This document shows positions 1 to 9,791 of a stretch of DNA of 64,000 nt, piece by piece. Within the stretch, counting starts at the first letter, position 1. Each line of letters begins with the position of its first letter. The notes beneath the pieces are model-generated. The model searched no databases. It worked only from the letters and a program-made list of their open reading frames with translations, and was not told the DNA's origin. Source of the stretch: a virus (taxonomy: Duplodnaviria > Caudoviricetes); IMG/VR virus record IMGVR_UViG_3300014206_000007, positions 128,001 to 192,000 of that record. One strand, given 5' to 3'. The position numbers and the translations under genes were made by a program.

Positions 1-391
1 TACCACGGTTATTTTTCTTCAATGCCGCCTGATAGAATCCAACTAATTCATTTCTCAAACGATACTGTATTTTTGCTAAACGCTCTACAGTTTTTTCATC
101 ATCTTCTCTATTTGGATCTGATGATATTTTAATTGTGTCAATTACGCTATCGATTACATCAATTGCGTGCTGAATCTCATCTTCATCTCTTCTAATAATG
201 CTGATTGTTTTCTGGCATTGTCTGCAGATGTATTTTGGAGCTTCTCCCGGTTCAGTTTTTATTCTTACTAAATCTACTTCTCCATTTTTCTTAGTATGAA
301 AGCATTGTGATTTCAAGCTTTCTCTTAATTTGGTTAGGTCTCTCTCTTGTTTTGAAACCTGTTCAACTTCTTTTTTAATACTATTGCCCAT
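1..391 (-). CDS. Hypothetical protein with possible Zn-binding motif (partial, runs off the window edge)
   Basis: Not in the ORF track. Hand translation from ATG at 391 behind AAGGAGG gives MGNSIKKEVEQVSKQERDLTKLRESLKSQCFHTKK...YICRQCQKT..., open to base 1, with CxH...CxxC. Confidence 0.75.
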   Translation of the reverse strand, partial: MGNSIKKEVEQVSKQERDLTKLRESLKSQCFHTKKNGEVDLVRIKTEPGEAPKYICRQCQKTISIIRRDEDEIQHAIDVIDSVIDTIKISSDPNREDDEKTVERLAKIQYRLRNELVGFYQAALKKNNRG

Positions 392-510
392 TATGTTTCC
401 TCCTTAAAATTCTTATTATTCTAATTAAGAATAAAGTTCTAGTAATTATAAAATTATATACGAGAAATTATTCCTTAAATACTTAATAATAATATATTGT
501 TATATTTTTA

Positions 511-801
511 TTATTCTTCTAGAAATGTAATCTTCTTTTTATGTTGCTGTGCATATATGAGTTCATCAATTGAATCACTTCCGAAATATTTATCTACATT
601 TATAAAATGTACTTCATCTGCCATATCAATTTTTTGCTTATGTATTTTCATTAAAAGATCTTTGTCGATTAATTCTTCATCAGTATTTTCAAAAAATATT
701 GGCATTAAAACTAAGTTACCTTCCAATGATAGTTTCTCATAAATCTCTTGAAATTTATCCTTAAATTTAATACTTCCACATAATACAATGATTTTAAACA
801 T
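511..801 (-). CDS. Nucleoside-deoxyribosyltransferase-like / DUF4406-like small Rossmann-fold protein
   Basis: IVLCGS start, HKQKIDMADEV and ELIYAQQHKKKITFLE follow the pattern of this phage family. GGAGG RBS. Confidence 0.5.
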   Translation of the reverse strand: MFKIIVLCGSIKFKDKFQEIYEKLSLEGNLVLMPIFFENTDEELIDKDLLMKIHKQKIDMADEVHFINVDKYFGSDSIDELIYAQQHKKKITFLEE

Positions 802-861
802 ATCTCATCCTCCTTTTTTATTACTTAAATAATATATATTCAATTTATAAAGACAAAATAA

Positions 862-905
862 AAATTAAAGATAAATATAAGAATTCTTATATTTATCTTT
901 AATTA
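862..905. terminator. Inverted repeat, probable intrinsic terminator
   Basis: aattaaagataaatataagaa / ttcttatatttatctttaatt palindrome just after the stop of 909..1295, with an A-tract on its left (U-tract on the - strand). Confidence 0.7.
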
Positions 906-908
906 TCA

Positions 909-1295
909 TTATAAAAACAACATTGGATCTGGTCCATATTTCGTAAACCCATCATTCATCATTCCTATTGATTGAAGACAGTCAGTTCTATATAAAGTGA
1001 AATATTCTATTTCTTTTTGATTACTTCTCTTTTTATTATTAACTTTAACAAAATCAACATTTCCAATAGTAATTAAACTTATATCTGTTATTTTTGGGCT
1101 AGCTTGATATCCTACGAAAATATGTTTATTATTATCAAATACTAATATAAATATATTCGATCGATATAATTCGATTATTCCATTTAATTTTTCGTTTGTC
1201 ATAGATCCATCTGTATATACTACTGTATTATAAGTAGATGTCTCATCATTATAACTCGTATTTTCATTATAATTTTTAGTAATAATTTCACTCAT
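909..1295 (-). CDS. Hypothetical protein, tandem paralog of 1310..1603 with an extra N-terminal Tyr/Asn module
   Basis: Shares KVNNKKRSNQKEIEYFTLY and the rest of the core with the upstream ORF. Confidence 0.8.
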   Translation of the reverse strand: MSEIITKNYNENTSYNDETSTYNTVVYTDGSMTNEKLNGIIELYRSNIFILVFDNNKHIFVGYQASPKITDISLITIGNVDFVKVNNKKRSNQKEIEYFTLYRTDCLQSIGMMNDGFTKYGPDPMLFL

Positions 1296-1309
1296 AATAG
1301 CATCTCCTT

Positions 1310-1603
1310 TTATATAAATAATAATGGATCTACACCATAATGTTCAAAGCCATCTTCCATTATTCCAATAGATTGAATACAATCAGTGAGATATAAAGTG
1401 AAGTATTCTATTTCTTTTTGATTACTTCTCTTTTTATTGTTAACCTTAATGAAGTCAGCCCCTGCAATTGTTACTAAACTAATATCTGTCATTTTGGGTG
1501 AACTATTATATCCAATCAAAATTTTCTTATTATTGTCCAATATAATTGCAAAAATGCGGCTACCATACATAGTAATCAATTCTTGTAAATCTACATTGTT
1601 CAT
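1310..1603 (-). CDS. Hypothetical protein (paralog of 909..1295)
   Basis: AAGGAG RBS and high identity to its neighbour. Confidence 0.8.
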   Translation of the reverse strand: MNNVDLQELITMYGSRIFAIILDNNKKILIGYNSSPKMTDISLVTIAGADFIKVNNKKRSNQKEIEYFTLYLTDCIQSIGIMEDGFEHYGVDPLLFI

Positions 1604-1624
1604 TTATAGTCTCTCCTTTTCTTT

Positions 1625-2092
1625 TTAATAGATTGCTTTGTAAATCTTATTCATCAAGTCTCTTTCAATTGCTTGATGTGCTTGAATTGCCTTTGATATA
1701 TTATCGTCCTTTGATGTCTCTTTTATGGCCTCTCCTATTGTTACTACAAGGCCACTAAGTGACTGTGAATATTTCATATTAATAGAACTAATATCAACTA
1801 ATTGGCTTAAACTCTTCTCTATTTTGCCCATATCAATTGTCTCCTCTATTTTTTCTACTTGCGTTTTTAAGTTTTCCATATCTTGCTTAATTGATTGAAT
1901 ACTTTCATCTCGCTTCTTCTCATTATTTGCCCTCTCTTCAGCGATTTTAGCATCATATTTTTTTTGGAGCTCATTATTTGCTTTATCTTCTTTCTGCCTT
2001 TTACTCGCTCTAAACGAGATAATTGCAAGAATTATTGGAGTTAGTATTTGTATAAAAGTCATAAAATAATTAAATATAAGATCAAATTTCAT
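1625..2092 (-). CDS. N-terminally membrane-anchored coiled-coil protein, holin-adjacent
   Basis: One N-terminal TM segment, then a charged coiled coil. GGAGG RBS and an upstream AACA-N6-TA motif. Confidence 0.6.
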   Translation of the reverse strand: MKFDLIFNYFMTFIQILTPIILAIISFRASKRQKEDKANNELQKKYDAKIAEERANNEKKRDESIQSIKQDMENLKTQVEKIEETIDMGKIEKSLSQLVDISSINMKYSQSLSGLVVTIGEAIKETSKDDNISKAIQAHQAIERDLMNKIYKAIY

Positions 2093-2131
2093 ACCATAGG
2101 TAACCTCCGTTTCATATAATTATATAATCTT

Positions 2132-2143
2132 TATATGAATGTT
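2132..2143 (-). promoter_or_regulatory. Late-type phage promoter AACA-N6-TA
   Basis: AACA-TTCATA-TA upstream of 2092. Confidence 0.6.
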
Positions 2144-2165
2144 CATTTTAAACTCATTTAATATA

Positions 2166-2210
2166 TAAAAGTCAAGATAGGATTTTTCTTCCTATCTTGA
2201 CTTTTATTTT
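2166..2210. terminator. Intrinsic terminator
   Basis: ataaaagtcaagatagga / tcctatcttgacttttat inverted repeat after the holin stop. Confidence 0.8.
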
Positions 2211-2213
2211 TGT

Positions 2214-2516
2214 TTATTCTTTTAGTTTTTCTGCTTGTTTAAGCAACTGATCAACATAAACAGATGCTCCGGCACATAGAACGCCTTGAGTTATTGCTAC
2301 AAATATAGCAAGGAAAATTTCTTGAGTATTTACTATGGAAGTTGTTGCAAATACATATACTGCTGCTACTACAATTCCAAGCACACCTAGTATTATTGGG
2401 ATGTATTCATCCTTTATTGATTGCAAAGCTTTAAGCCAGTTACCAATAAAATATAATACTATTGCTACTACGATTAGTTCTGGTTTTAAAAATTCGTTTA
2501 GTAAAGTAAAGTCCAT
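2214..2516 (-). CDS. Phage holin (clostridial Hol44 / Phage_holin_5_2-like)
   Basis: Three TM segments with PELIVVAIVLYFIG..LK, YIPIILGVLG and AITQGVLCAGASVY..QL.KQ signature. Confidence 0.85.
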   Translation of the reverse strand: MDFTLLNEFLKPELIVVAIVLYFIGNWLKALQSIKDEYIPIILGVLGIVVAAVYVFATTSIVNTQEIFLAIFVAITQGVLCAGASVYVDQLLKQAEKLKE

Positions 2517-2543
2517 AACGTAAATTCCTCCTTTTAAAATAAT

Positions 2544-2555
2544 TACCTTAATGTT
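2544..2555 (-). promoter_or_regulatory. Late-type phage promoter AACA-N6-TA
   Basis: AACA-TTAAGG-TA upstream of the holin. Confidence 0.6.
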
Positions 2556-2563
2556 TATTGGCT

Positions 2564-5500
2564 CTAAATTAATTCCAATGCATTTTCACTATTTACTAAT
2601 ACAGTATTTAATGAACTTTCATCAGCAATAAATTTTTCGCTAATTTTAGTAATTAATGTATTAAAGTCCTCAGTAACATCAGCAACTTGAATTGGAACGC
2701 CTCCGAGAGCTAATATTTTGCCATTTCCTTCAACAACACTATCTATCTCCATTGTCTTAACTGGAAGAGTCTTCCAAGTAACTCCATCTATCGATATTAA
2801 TAATTCATCTTGACCAATTGGTCCCATAAATCTACCATTTGCTCGAATAAAAGGCTTAGGATAACCTTGCGTTGGACACAGTTCTTCCTTCCAATTAACA
2901 CCATCGGCAGATATTAGTACTTTACCAGTATATTCAGTAAGTGCAAATAAACCATCTCCATATGCAATAGTCATGAATCCTCCGCCCTCTTTAATAAATG
3001 CCTTTGTCCATGTAATCCCATCTAATGATTTATAAACCTTACCACCATATGGCCAAGTAATATCATCCAACGAACCCTCGGCTACTGCAAGGAACATACC
3101 ATTTCCATATTTTATATCATATATATAATCATCAAGCGCTTCCTCTGTTACGCCTAATCCAGTTTCAACCCATGTTGCACCGTTATCTGTAGATGAGTAT
3201 ATATATTCACCTACTATTACAAAGACCCCAGCTGCAAATGTTGTTGCCCAAAATCTTCTTGAAGTATCTGCGAGAGATTTATCAATCCATGTTACGCAAT
3301 TATCCGTAGATATAAATATTTTTCCACTAGTTCCAGTTACAACATAAACTCCGTTTCCATATGATATATCATATAATGACCCAGCAATTGTAATTGGATG
3401 TGTTTCCCATGTAATACCATCTGCTGATAAATGCACAACTCCATTAGCTGGATATGCACTAGTAAGTATAGTAAATTTACCATTTAGAAATTTTGCTGAG
3501 GTTATATAAGCCGAAGTTTCTAACCCAACTGTTGGATATGGTGGAGTTACTATACCAATACTATCCTTTTCAATTAAATCAATAATATTTTCTGAATCGC
3601 TAATTGTATTATATATTTTACTTACTAATTCATTAGCTCCGCCGTCATTAATATAAAAATGTATTATATACAGTCCATATGAATCGACTATATTATAAAT
3701 CCCATCATGATATGTTAAAAAATATGCATCTCCATCCCTAGTTTCAAACGAATAATGTTTCCAATTGTCTCCATCGCTTGATACACTAATTACTATTTCA
3801 AGATTTTCCAAGCATGAACTCACAAGAACAAATCGCCCATCCGCATATATTGGATCTCGTGTATATAATTCTTTTTCAGTAGCCACTCGTCTTTCAGTCC
3901 ATGTAATTCCATCGGTGGATGTTATTAAATGTAAATAATAAGTATTTGTGCTGTCATTTTCTATTTTAACAATCATCCATTTTCCATTCCCATATGTCAC
4001 ACCCATCATCCATCCAGCAATTATTTCTATATCAGTGATAACAGTAATATTTGCTGTTCGATCAGTCCAAGTTACTCCATCTGGAGATGTGATAAGCGTA
4101 TCATTATTGTCACCTAGAGCTACATATAATCCATTACCATATCCGATATACCAATAATCATCAACTACAGGAGCGATGTGCAATGTCCATGTTATTCCAT
4201 CAGGAGATGTCCATATAGAAGAGGCATCAGCAACCATTACGAATTGCCCATTATCGTAAATTATATCTCTTAAACTTTCTCCAAAATAATAATTTGGAAC
4301 TTCCCATGTTTTTCCATCATCAAATGATATCATCATAAATCTATTCAGAGTAAGGAAAATTTTTATAGTTCCATTTGTAACCCAACGTTGATATGGAACA
4401 TCTACACTCATTCCATATATCCATTTATCTCCTAAATATGATGCAATAGTCAGTCCTGAGCCATAAGTTACAAAAACTCCATTACCATAAACTGGTCCTT
4501 GACGATCGGAAATAATGTAAAAATTGGTTTCGGATGTCCTTATTGTTTTTTTCCACGTAATCCCATCTGAAGATGTCAATATAACATTAGTACCACTAAT
4601 TAAAAAGATATTATTATCATAAATTATATCATATAAAACATCAGTACAACCATCTGAATCTCTAACTGTCCATGTAATTCCATCTGGAGATGATATGATT
4701 TTACCACCATCACCAATTGCCACAAATAAATTATTTGCATATATTACACTTCGTAAATAAGTCGATGTAATAGTTTGTTGACTCCATGTAATTCCATCAA
4801 TAGACCTCGATACAACATTCGAACCAACTGTCACAAATAAATTATTTTCATAAATTATATCAAATAAACTAGCTGATGTAAATGTTGCCCATGTAATACA
4901 ATCCGATGAATAATAAATTGGTTTCTCACTTGATATTGCGAAAAATATACCATTTAGAAATTTTATTTTTATAAAATCGACTGTTATTGGAGCAGTACTG
5001 TTTCGTATAGTCCATGCAACTAAATCTGGTGAAGTGAAAATACTTCCATCATCTCCGCAAACTACATATAGATTATTTCCATATACAATTCCAGTTAATT
5101 GGGTAGATGATCCAATAGTTGCTTTTAAAGTCCAATTAATTAAATCTGGAGAAGTCAGAATTCTTTTAGTACTATCTAATATTATATATAATCCATCAAC
5201 ATAAATTATTTCTTTTGGAAATACATCTAAATCATAATAATGATCACTATCGAGCATATTCCAATTAAATCCATCAGTCGATACATAGATTGACCCATAT
5301 CCAAAAATTATAAATTTTCCATTAAAATACTTAATTTTTATAAAACTATATGAACCTTCTATTGCTTTATAAGCTGTAAACCCATCTACAGTAAGCATTT
5401 GATCATATTCAATTATTTTACTGTCAGTTGTATTTTTAATTGGTAATTCAATATTATTTATATTATTTTCAGTTTCAGTTTTTGTATATAAATCAGTTAT

Positions 5501-8500
5501 TCCATATCCAGCTATAGAGGTTGGATGACCAACTACCCCACTAAAATCAACTTCAGTTGCTTCTGGGTTTTCAGAGAATTTCCTATATCCGGCTTCAATT
5601 GATAGTTTAGTATCATCAATTACTCTATACCACTCATTAACAACTGGGTCAGCCGAGTACACATGAACTGAATCACCATTTTGCACTTGAGTTTTAGTTA
5701 AAGCTAATCTAGCAGCATTTGATACTACTGTATGTACTCTATCAAATACTTCTGCAGGTAATCTAGCAATATCAATAATACCGGAAGTTACATCCGCTGT
5801 ATCTAATTGAACGTTACCATCTTTAATATGTTGATGAGTTAATGCAGCTTTAGCATTCCAGTATGTTTTAATATCCTGATTTGATGTGGATACTAATATA
5901 CTATTATACATTAATACAAGTAGCATATCATTTTCTTTTATAATTGAATAAGGAAGAGTAGCACTTGGCAATTTAGTTAATTCCCAGGTAATCCCATCTA
6001 CGGATGTTGCTAAAATTCCTGACTCTAATTCCCAATCATCACTATATGCTTCAAATACTGCATAAAATTTATCATTAAAATAAATATCATGGCCATATAA
6101 TCTTGGCCAATCAGTAAATGTTATAGGTATTGTCTGCCATGCAATAAGATCGGTTGATACCGAAATATTATTTTCTTTTATCAAAACATACTTTCCATTT
6201 CCATATGCTACGGCATTTATTAAAATTGGTGACTGCGATACTATAGTATTCCAATTAATTCCATCAACTGATGTATATGACTTATTGGTCACTGAGTCCA
6301 TAACCGTAAACATACCATTTGCAAATATCATTTCACCGATATAAGCTAGAGTAATTGCAGTTATTTTAGTCCATGTGATTTTATCAGATGAAATATACAT
6401 ATTATTATATCCACCAGCTAAATAAATTCCATTCCCATATAAAATATGTGATAAAGATTCGGGTACTCCAATATAATTTTGAGTCCACGTAATTGCATCT
6501 GTCGAAGATATTACTAGACCATTATTGCCAACTGCCACAAACATTCCATTTGCAAATATAATTTCGGCCATGCCAGTTCCTGCTCCAGTAACATGTGATG
6601 TCCATGTATGCCCATCTACTGATCGTATTATATCTTGAGGAGAGAAGACTCCAGCATATATACCATTACCATAGCAAATATCCCAAATGGTGGTTTGCCC
6701 AGCGGCAAGTGCCACTGTTTCCCATAATTCACCTGCGTTAGTTACTGAATGAACTACTGAATTAGCTTTATGAAGTTCAACATTATTGTTTAGAGCAGCT
6801 ATACCATCAGATAATCCAGTTAAGTTTAATCCATCAATTTTGCCATCAGTATAAGTTTTATTATCCGATTTCATAATATCGGTCTTTTGAGTAAGTTCAG
6901 TAGTACTCAATTTACCATTAAATGCCGTCTTTTCCTCAGCTGTTAAATGCGCCACTGTATTTATATTATGCACATTAAAAATGTCATTATAATTACTTCC
7001 AGTTACATTAAATAAATAAAACCCAGTAGCATCTTTATAAAGAAAATATATTACATTATTGATAAAAAATACTGATTCAGGAACTAACCCTGTTAATTCG
7101 AGTTCGATTATTTTTAATGTATCTAGATTATTCGATGTAAAATATCTTAATTGCCCATTAGCTGTTATATCATAAAATAATCCAGTAGTGTATTTAGTGA
7201 ATTTTTCTACTAAATTAATATCAGATAGTTGCCACACTTCCCCATCATTACTAGAAATAGTATAACCAGGATTTTCCTCAGTGTACGTAAAAAATGTATC
7301 GTTTCCAAATAATAAAAACTTCCATTTTCCTGTATATGGAAAAGTTTTTATAGACCAATCTTTTAAATTTCCTGATTTATAATAATATGAAGAACCCTCA
7401 CTATTATATCCAGTTAAATAATAATATCCTTTTGCATATATTAAATCATTAATAGCAAAATATAATATTGAGTCATTATATGATGTACTTGCTAATGTTG
7501 ATTCTTTAGTATTATATATTACACCACCCTCAGCATCAGTTGCATTATATACTATCACATTATTATTAAATGCAACTGGGTCTACATCTTCAAATATTAA
7601 ATTAAAAGTGTCAAAAACTTTAAAATCGTTAGTCTTAATTAATTTTATTGGAACTCCTGTATCATTAGCACTTATAAAAAATACCTCGTTATTAATACTT
7701 TTACTAAATATTATATTCGGCAAATCAGTTACTTCATCCCATGATAGATCTGACTCATCCAATTTATATACCTTATTACTACTTATAATAATAAGTTTGC
7801 CGTCCATATAATCCGGATTTTCTGAACTATATAAAAATTTCGAATACTCAGTAACTGGAAATGATAGATCTTGAGATAAATTCCATTGTTTTGTATTATC
7901 TGATAAATAGGTTATATTTTTACTCATCAATCTCAATGAAAATCCATCATTTCTTCTACCTAATACATAACATTTTCCCTTTCCCAATGCAATAGATGCT
8001 GTCGTTATTTCTAATTCAGTAAATATTTTAGTAGTTGTATTAATAACCGCATTAGCGACTGCATCACTACTAATCATAATAGTATCTTTATTTAATTCAC
8101 TTTTTAAATATTCCATTATATCAATTCGGCGATTATTAACATCATATACTGTTGAATCCATATAATTACTAGAATGGACCGGTACCCAATTAGTACCGTC
8201 ATATTTTACTAATAATGACTCAATATCGTCTTTCAGCCATAATGTATTTGTAGTAGGATATGGAGGAGCCGTTGCTCCTTTATAAATAGTTACACCATCA
8301 TTAAAGAAATTCCATTCTCCATCAAATAAATTGGTTGATGTATTAAAATTACGCTGATATGTATCAGAGCCAACTATTATCATTTGTACTAAATCACTAT
8401 TAATCGTTGTAACCTTTAATGTTACTGGACTAATAATCTTATTATCAATACCATTTATATAGTGGTGAACTATATAATTTCCAGGTGTAATTATTGTATT

Positions 8501-8632
8501 TAAATCGACTGGTAGTTCAGCCGTGCTATCTATAACGTCCCAACCAAATACATTTTCGCCAGGTGTCAGTGTCAATAAGATTTCAATTGCTTTATCGAAA
8601 TCTTCTTTTTTGTGTATAGAAATATAATCCAT
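2564..8632 (-). CDS. Large tail fibre / receptor-binding protein with multiple beta-propeller (S-x-DG-x-x-W) blocks
   Basis: Dozens of YGNG..FV.VG..G....S.DGITW blades in several blocks, separated by fibre-like linkers (HLTAEEK, P.SIAGYGITD). Confidence 0.8.
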   Translation of the reverse strand: MDYISIHKKEDFDKAIEILLTLTPGENVFGWDVIDSTAELPVDLNTIITPGNYIVHHYINGIDNKIISPVTLKVTTINSDLVQMIIVGSDTYQRNFNTSTNLFDGEWNFFNDGVTIYKGATAPPYPTTNTLWLKDDIESLLVKYDGTNWVPVHSSNYMDSTVYDVNNRRIDIMEYLKSELNKDTIMISSDAVANAVINTTTKIFTELEITTASIALGKGKCYVLGRRNDGFSLRLMSKNITYLSDNTKQWNLSQDLSFPVTEYSKFLYSSENPDYMDGKLIIISSNKVYKLDESDLSWDEVTDLPNIIFSKSINNEVFFISANDTGVPIKLIKTNDFKVFDTFNLIFEDVDPVAFNNNVIVYNATDAEGGVIYNTKESTLASTSYNDSILYFAINDLIYAKGYYYLTGYNSEGSSYYYKSGNLKDWSIKTFPYTGKWKFLLFGNDTFFTYTEENPGYTISSNDGEVWQLSDINLVEKFTKYTTGLFYDITANGQLRYFTSNNLDTLKIIELELTGLVPESVFFINNVIYFLYKDATGFYLFNVTGSNYNDIFNVHNINTVAHLTAEEKTAFNGKLSTTELTQKTDIMKSDNKTYTDGKIDGLNLTGLSDGIAALNNNVELHKANSVVHSVTNAGELWETVALAAGQTTIWDICYGNGIYAGVFSPQDIIRSVDGHTWTSHVTGAGTGMAEIIFANGMFVAVGNNGLVISSTDAITWTQNYIGVPESLSHILYGNGIYLAGGYNNMYISSDKITWTKITAITLAYIGEMIFANGMFTVMDSVTNKSYTSVDGINWNTIVSQSPILINAVAYGNGKYVLIKENNISVSTDLIAWQTIPITFTDWPRLYGHDIYFNDKFYAVFEAYSDDWELESGILATSVDGITWELTKLPSATLPYSIIKENDMLLVLMYNSILVSTSNQDIKTYWNAKAALTHQHIKDGNVQLDTADVTSGIIDIARLPAEVFDRVHTVVSNAARLALTKTQVQNGDSVHVYSADPVVNEWYRVIDDTKLSIEAGYRKFSENPEATEVDFSGVVGHPTSIAGYGITDLYTKTETENNINNIELPIKNTTDSKIIEYDQMLTVDGFTAYKAIEGSYSFIKIKYFNGKFIIFGYGSIYVSTDGFNWNMLDSDHYYDLDVFPKEIIYVDGLYIILDSTKRILTSPDLINWTLKATIGSSTQLTGIVYGNNLYVVCGDDGSIFTSPDLVAWTIRNSTAPITVDFIKIKFLNGIFFAISSEKPIYYSSDCITWATFTSASLFDIIYENNLFVTVGSNVVSRSIDGITWSQQTITSTYLRSVIYANNLFVAIGDGGKIISSPDGITWTVRDSDGCTDVLYDIIYDNNIFLISGTNVILTSSDGITWKKTIRTSETNFYIISDRQGPVYGNGVFVTYGSGLTIASYLGDKWIYGMSVDVPYQRWVTNGTIKIFLTLNRFMMISFDDGKTWEVPNYYFGESLRDIIYDNGQFVMVADASSIWTSPDGITWTLHIAPVVDDYWYIGYGNGLYVALGDNNDTLITSPDGVTWTDRTANITVITDIEIIAGWMMGVTYGNGKWMIVKIENDSTNTYYLHLITSTDGITWTERRVATEKELYTRDPIYADGRFVLVSSCLENLEIVISVSSDGDNWKHYSFETRDGDAYFLTYHDGIYNIVDSYGLYIIHFYINDGGANELVSKIYNTISDSENIIDLIEKDSIGIVTPPYPTVGLETSAYITSAKFLNGKFTILTSAYPANGVVHLSADGITWETHPITIAGSLYDISYGNGVYVVTGTSGKIFISTDNCVTWIDKSLADTSRRFWATTFAAGVFVIVGEYIYSSTDNGATWVETGLGVTEEALDDYIYDIKYGNGMFLAVAEGSLDDITWPYGGKVYKSLDGITWTKAFIKEGGGFMTIAYGDGLFALTEYTGKVLISADGVNWKEELCPTQGYPKPFIRANGRFMGPIGQDELLISIDGVTWKTLPVKTMEIDSVVEGNGKILALGGVPIQVADVTEDFNTLITKISEKFIADESSLNTVLVNSENALELI

Positions 8633-8679
8633 ATTATATCATTTCCTCTCTTTCTTAGTTTTAACTTACATTAAAGTAT

Positions 8680-8691
8680 TACGAGGTTGTT
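8680..8691 (-). promoter_or_regulatory. Late-type phage promoter AACA-N6-TA
   Basis: AACA-ACCTCG-TA upstream of the tail fibre gene. Confidence 0.6.
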
Positions 8692-8709
8692 TTTTGATAT
8701 AAAACCGTA

Positions 8710-8954
8710 GAAAAAAATAAAAAAAAGAATCTTGAATATTGTCATAAGTAGATAAGGGTAAAACGTTGATTGATGTCTTTATCGCTCATAAATTTTTCCT
8801 ACCAAAAAGAATTTGCGATTTAAACCCAACCAAATTTTCCTAGACATTTTCAAGATTCTATAATAATAAGTATTGGAATACTTTTTATAAGGAGACTAGT
8901 CACTGCTAAGTGTAAGTCTCAGTCCAAATTACTTGTTAAACCTCATATTATTAC
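8710..8954 (-). ncRNA. Putative structured ncRNA (two long interrupted hairpins)
   Basis: No ORF. TATATATTAT motif at 8961-8970 points into it. Stems GUAAUAAU/AUUAUUAU, UUGGA/UCCAA, GAGACU/AGUCUC, AGAAUCUUGAA/UUCAAGAUUCU and AUCGC/GCGAU, ending in a long U-tract. Confidence 0.6.
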
Positions 8955-8960
8955 ACTAAA

Positions 8961-8970
8961 ATAATATATA
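8961..8970 (-). promoter_or_regulatory. Early-type phage promoter motif TATATATTAT
   Basis: The same motif (at least ATATATTAT) recurs, oriented toward downstream genes, at 489, 829, 11037, 14768, 17828, 27816 and 50161 (-) and at 36352, 55091, 56501 and 57962 (+). Confidence 0.65.
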
Positions 8971-8976
8971 TTTATT

Positions 8977-9279
8977 TTAATTGATTATACTCCATATTAT
9001 TAGTATTATATTCGATATCGCTGATAATCTAAATAATGTTAAATATAAATTATATTGTGATTCAACAGTTTTGAATCGGTGAAGTAAATCTTCAGTTGTA
9101 CATTCATCACATGAATATACATCCATTCCCATATTATAATAATCTTTTCCAAGAATAGGAATTATAAGATTCTCTCTAAAATATTTCCTAAGATTTTCAT
9201 ACTGCATTAGGCGAATATTTTTAGTCACAATCTCCTCTTCTTCATCCTCTTCATCGAATATTACTTTTTCATTTTCCAT
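8977..9279 (-). CDS. Hypothetical protein with C-terminal TM segment
   Basis: Overlaps the RNase H stop. GGAGG RBS. Confidence 0.7.
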   Translation of the reverse strand: MENEKVIFDEEDEEEEIVTKNIRLMQYENLRKYFRENLIIPILGKDYYNMGMDVYSCDECTTEDLLHRFKTVESQYNLYLTLFRLSAISNIILIIWSIIN

Positions 9280-9772
9280 TTTTACCTCCCGATAAATGAT
9301 GCTTTGATTTCTTCTTTTTAGGATTACCTAAAAGATTCTTTACATCTACTCCTATTAGACAGGATTCTTTGGCAAGTTGGTCAACTAAATCATTATAGTA
9401 TACTCCAGAATGAGATTTGACTTTACAAAAATGAATGTCCATTTTAGTTTTATAAAAGTCATAATCTTCTTTATATTTGGTAGTATATTGATTGTTACAC
9501 TTCCATCCACCTAATGCCCATTCACTAATTCCTGTATAATCATAGTATATATTTATTTTTTTTATACTATTTTCATATGCATATTTCATTGCCTCAGTGG
9601 AAGATAATATCTCTCCACCAACATTTCGCATATTACAATATCCTGGGTCAGTTACAAATCCTGACCGTTTTTCTATCAATTCTTCATTATGAATCAAAAT
9701 AACGCCATATGCACACATATGCAGTTTCTTATTATACGATCCATCGACATACGCATCAATTTCTTCATACAT
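9269..9772 (-). CDS. rnhA: Ribonuclease HI
   Basis: YVDGS, RNVGGEI, IYYDYTGI and KVKSHSG..YNDLVDQLAK carry the RNase HI catalytic motifs. Confidence 0.92.
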   Translation of the reverse strand: MYEEIDAYVDGSYNKKLHMCAYGVILIHNEELIEKRSGFVTDPGYCNMRNVGGEILSSTEAMKYAYENSIKKINIYYDYTGISEWALGGWKCNNQYTTKYKEDYDFYKTKMDIHFCKVKSHSGVYYNDLVDQLAKESCLIGVDVKNLLGNPKKKKSKHHLSGGKNGK

Positions 9773-9791
9773 TTATATTCCTCCTTTATTT

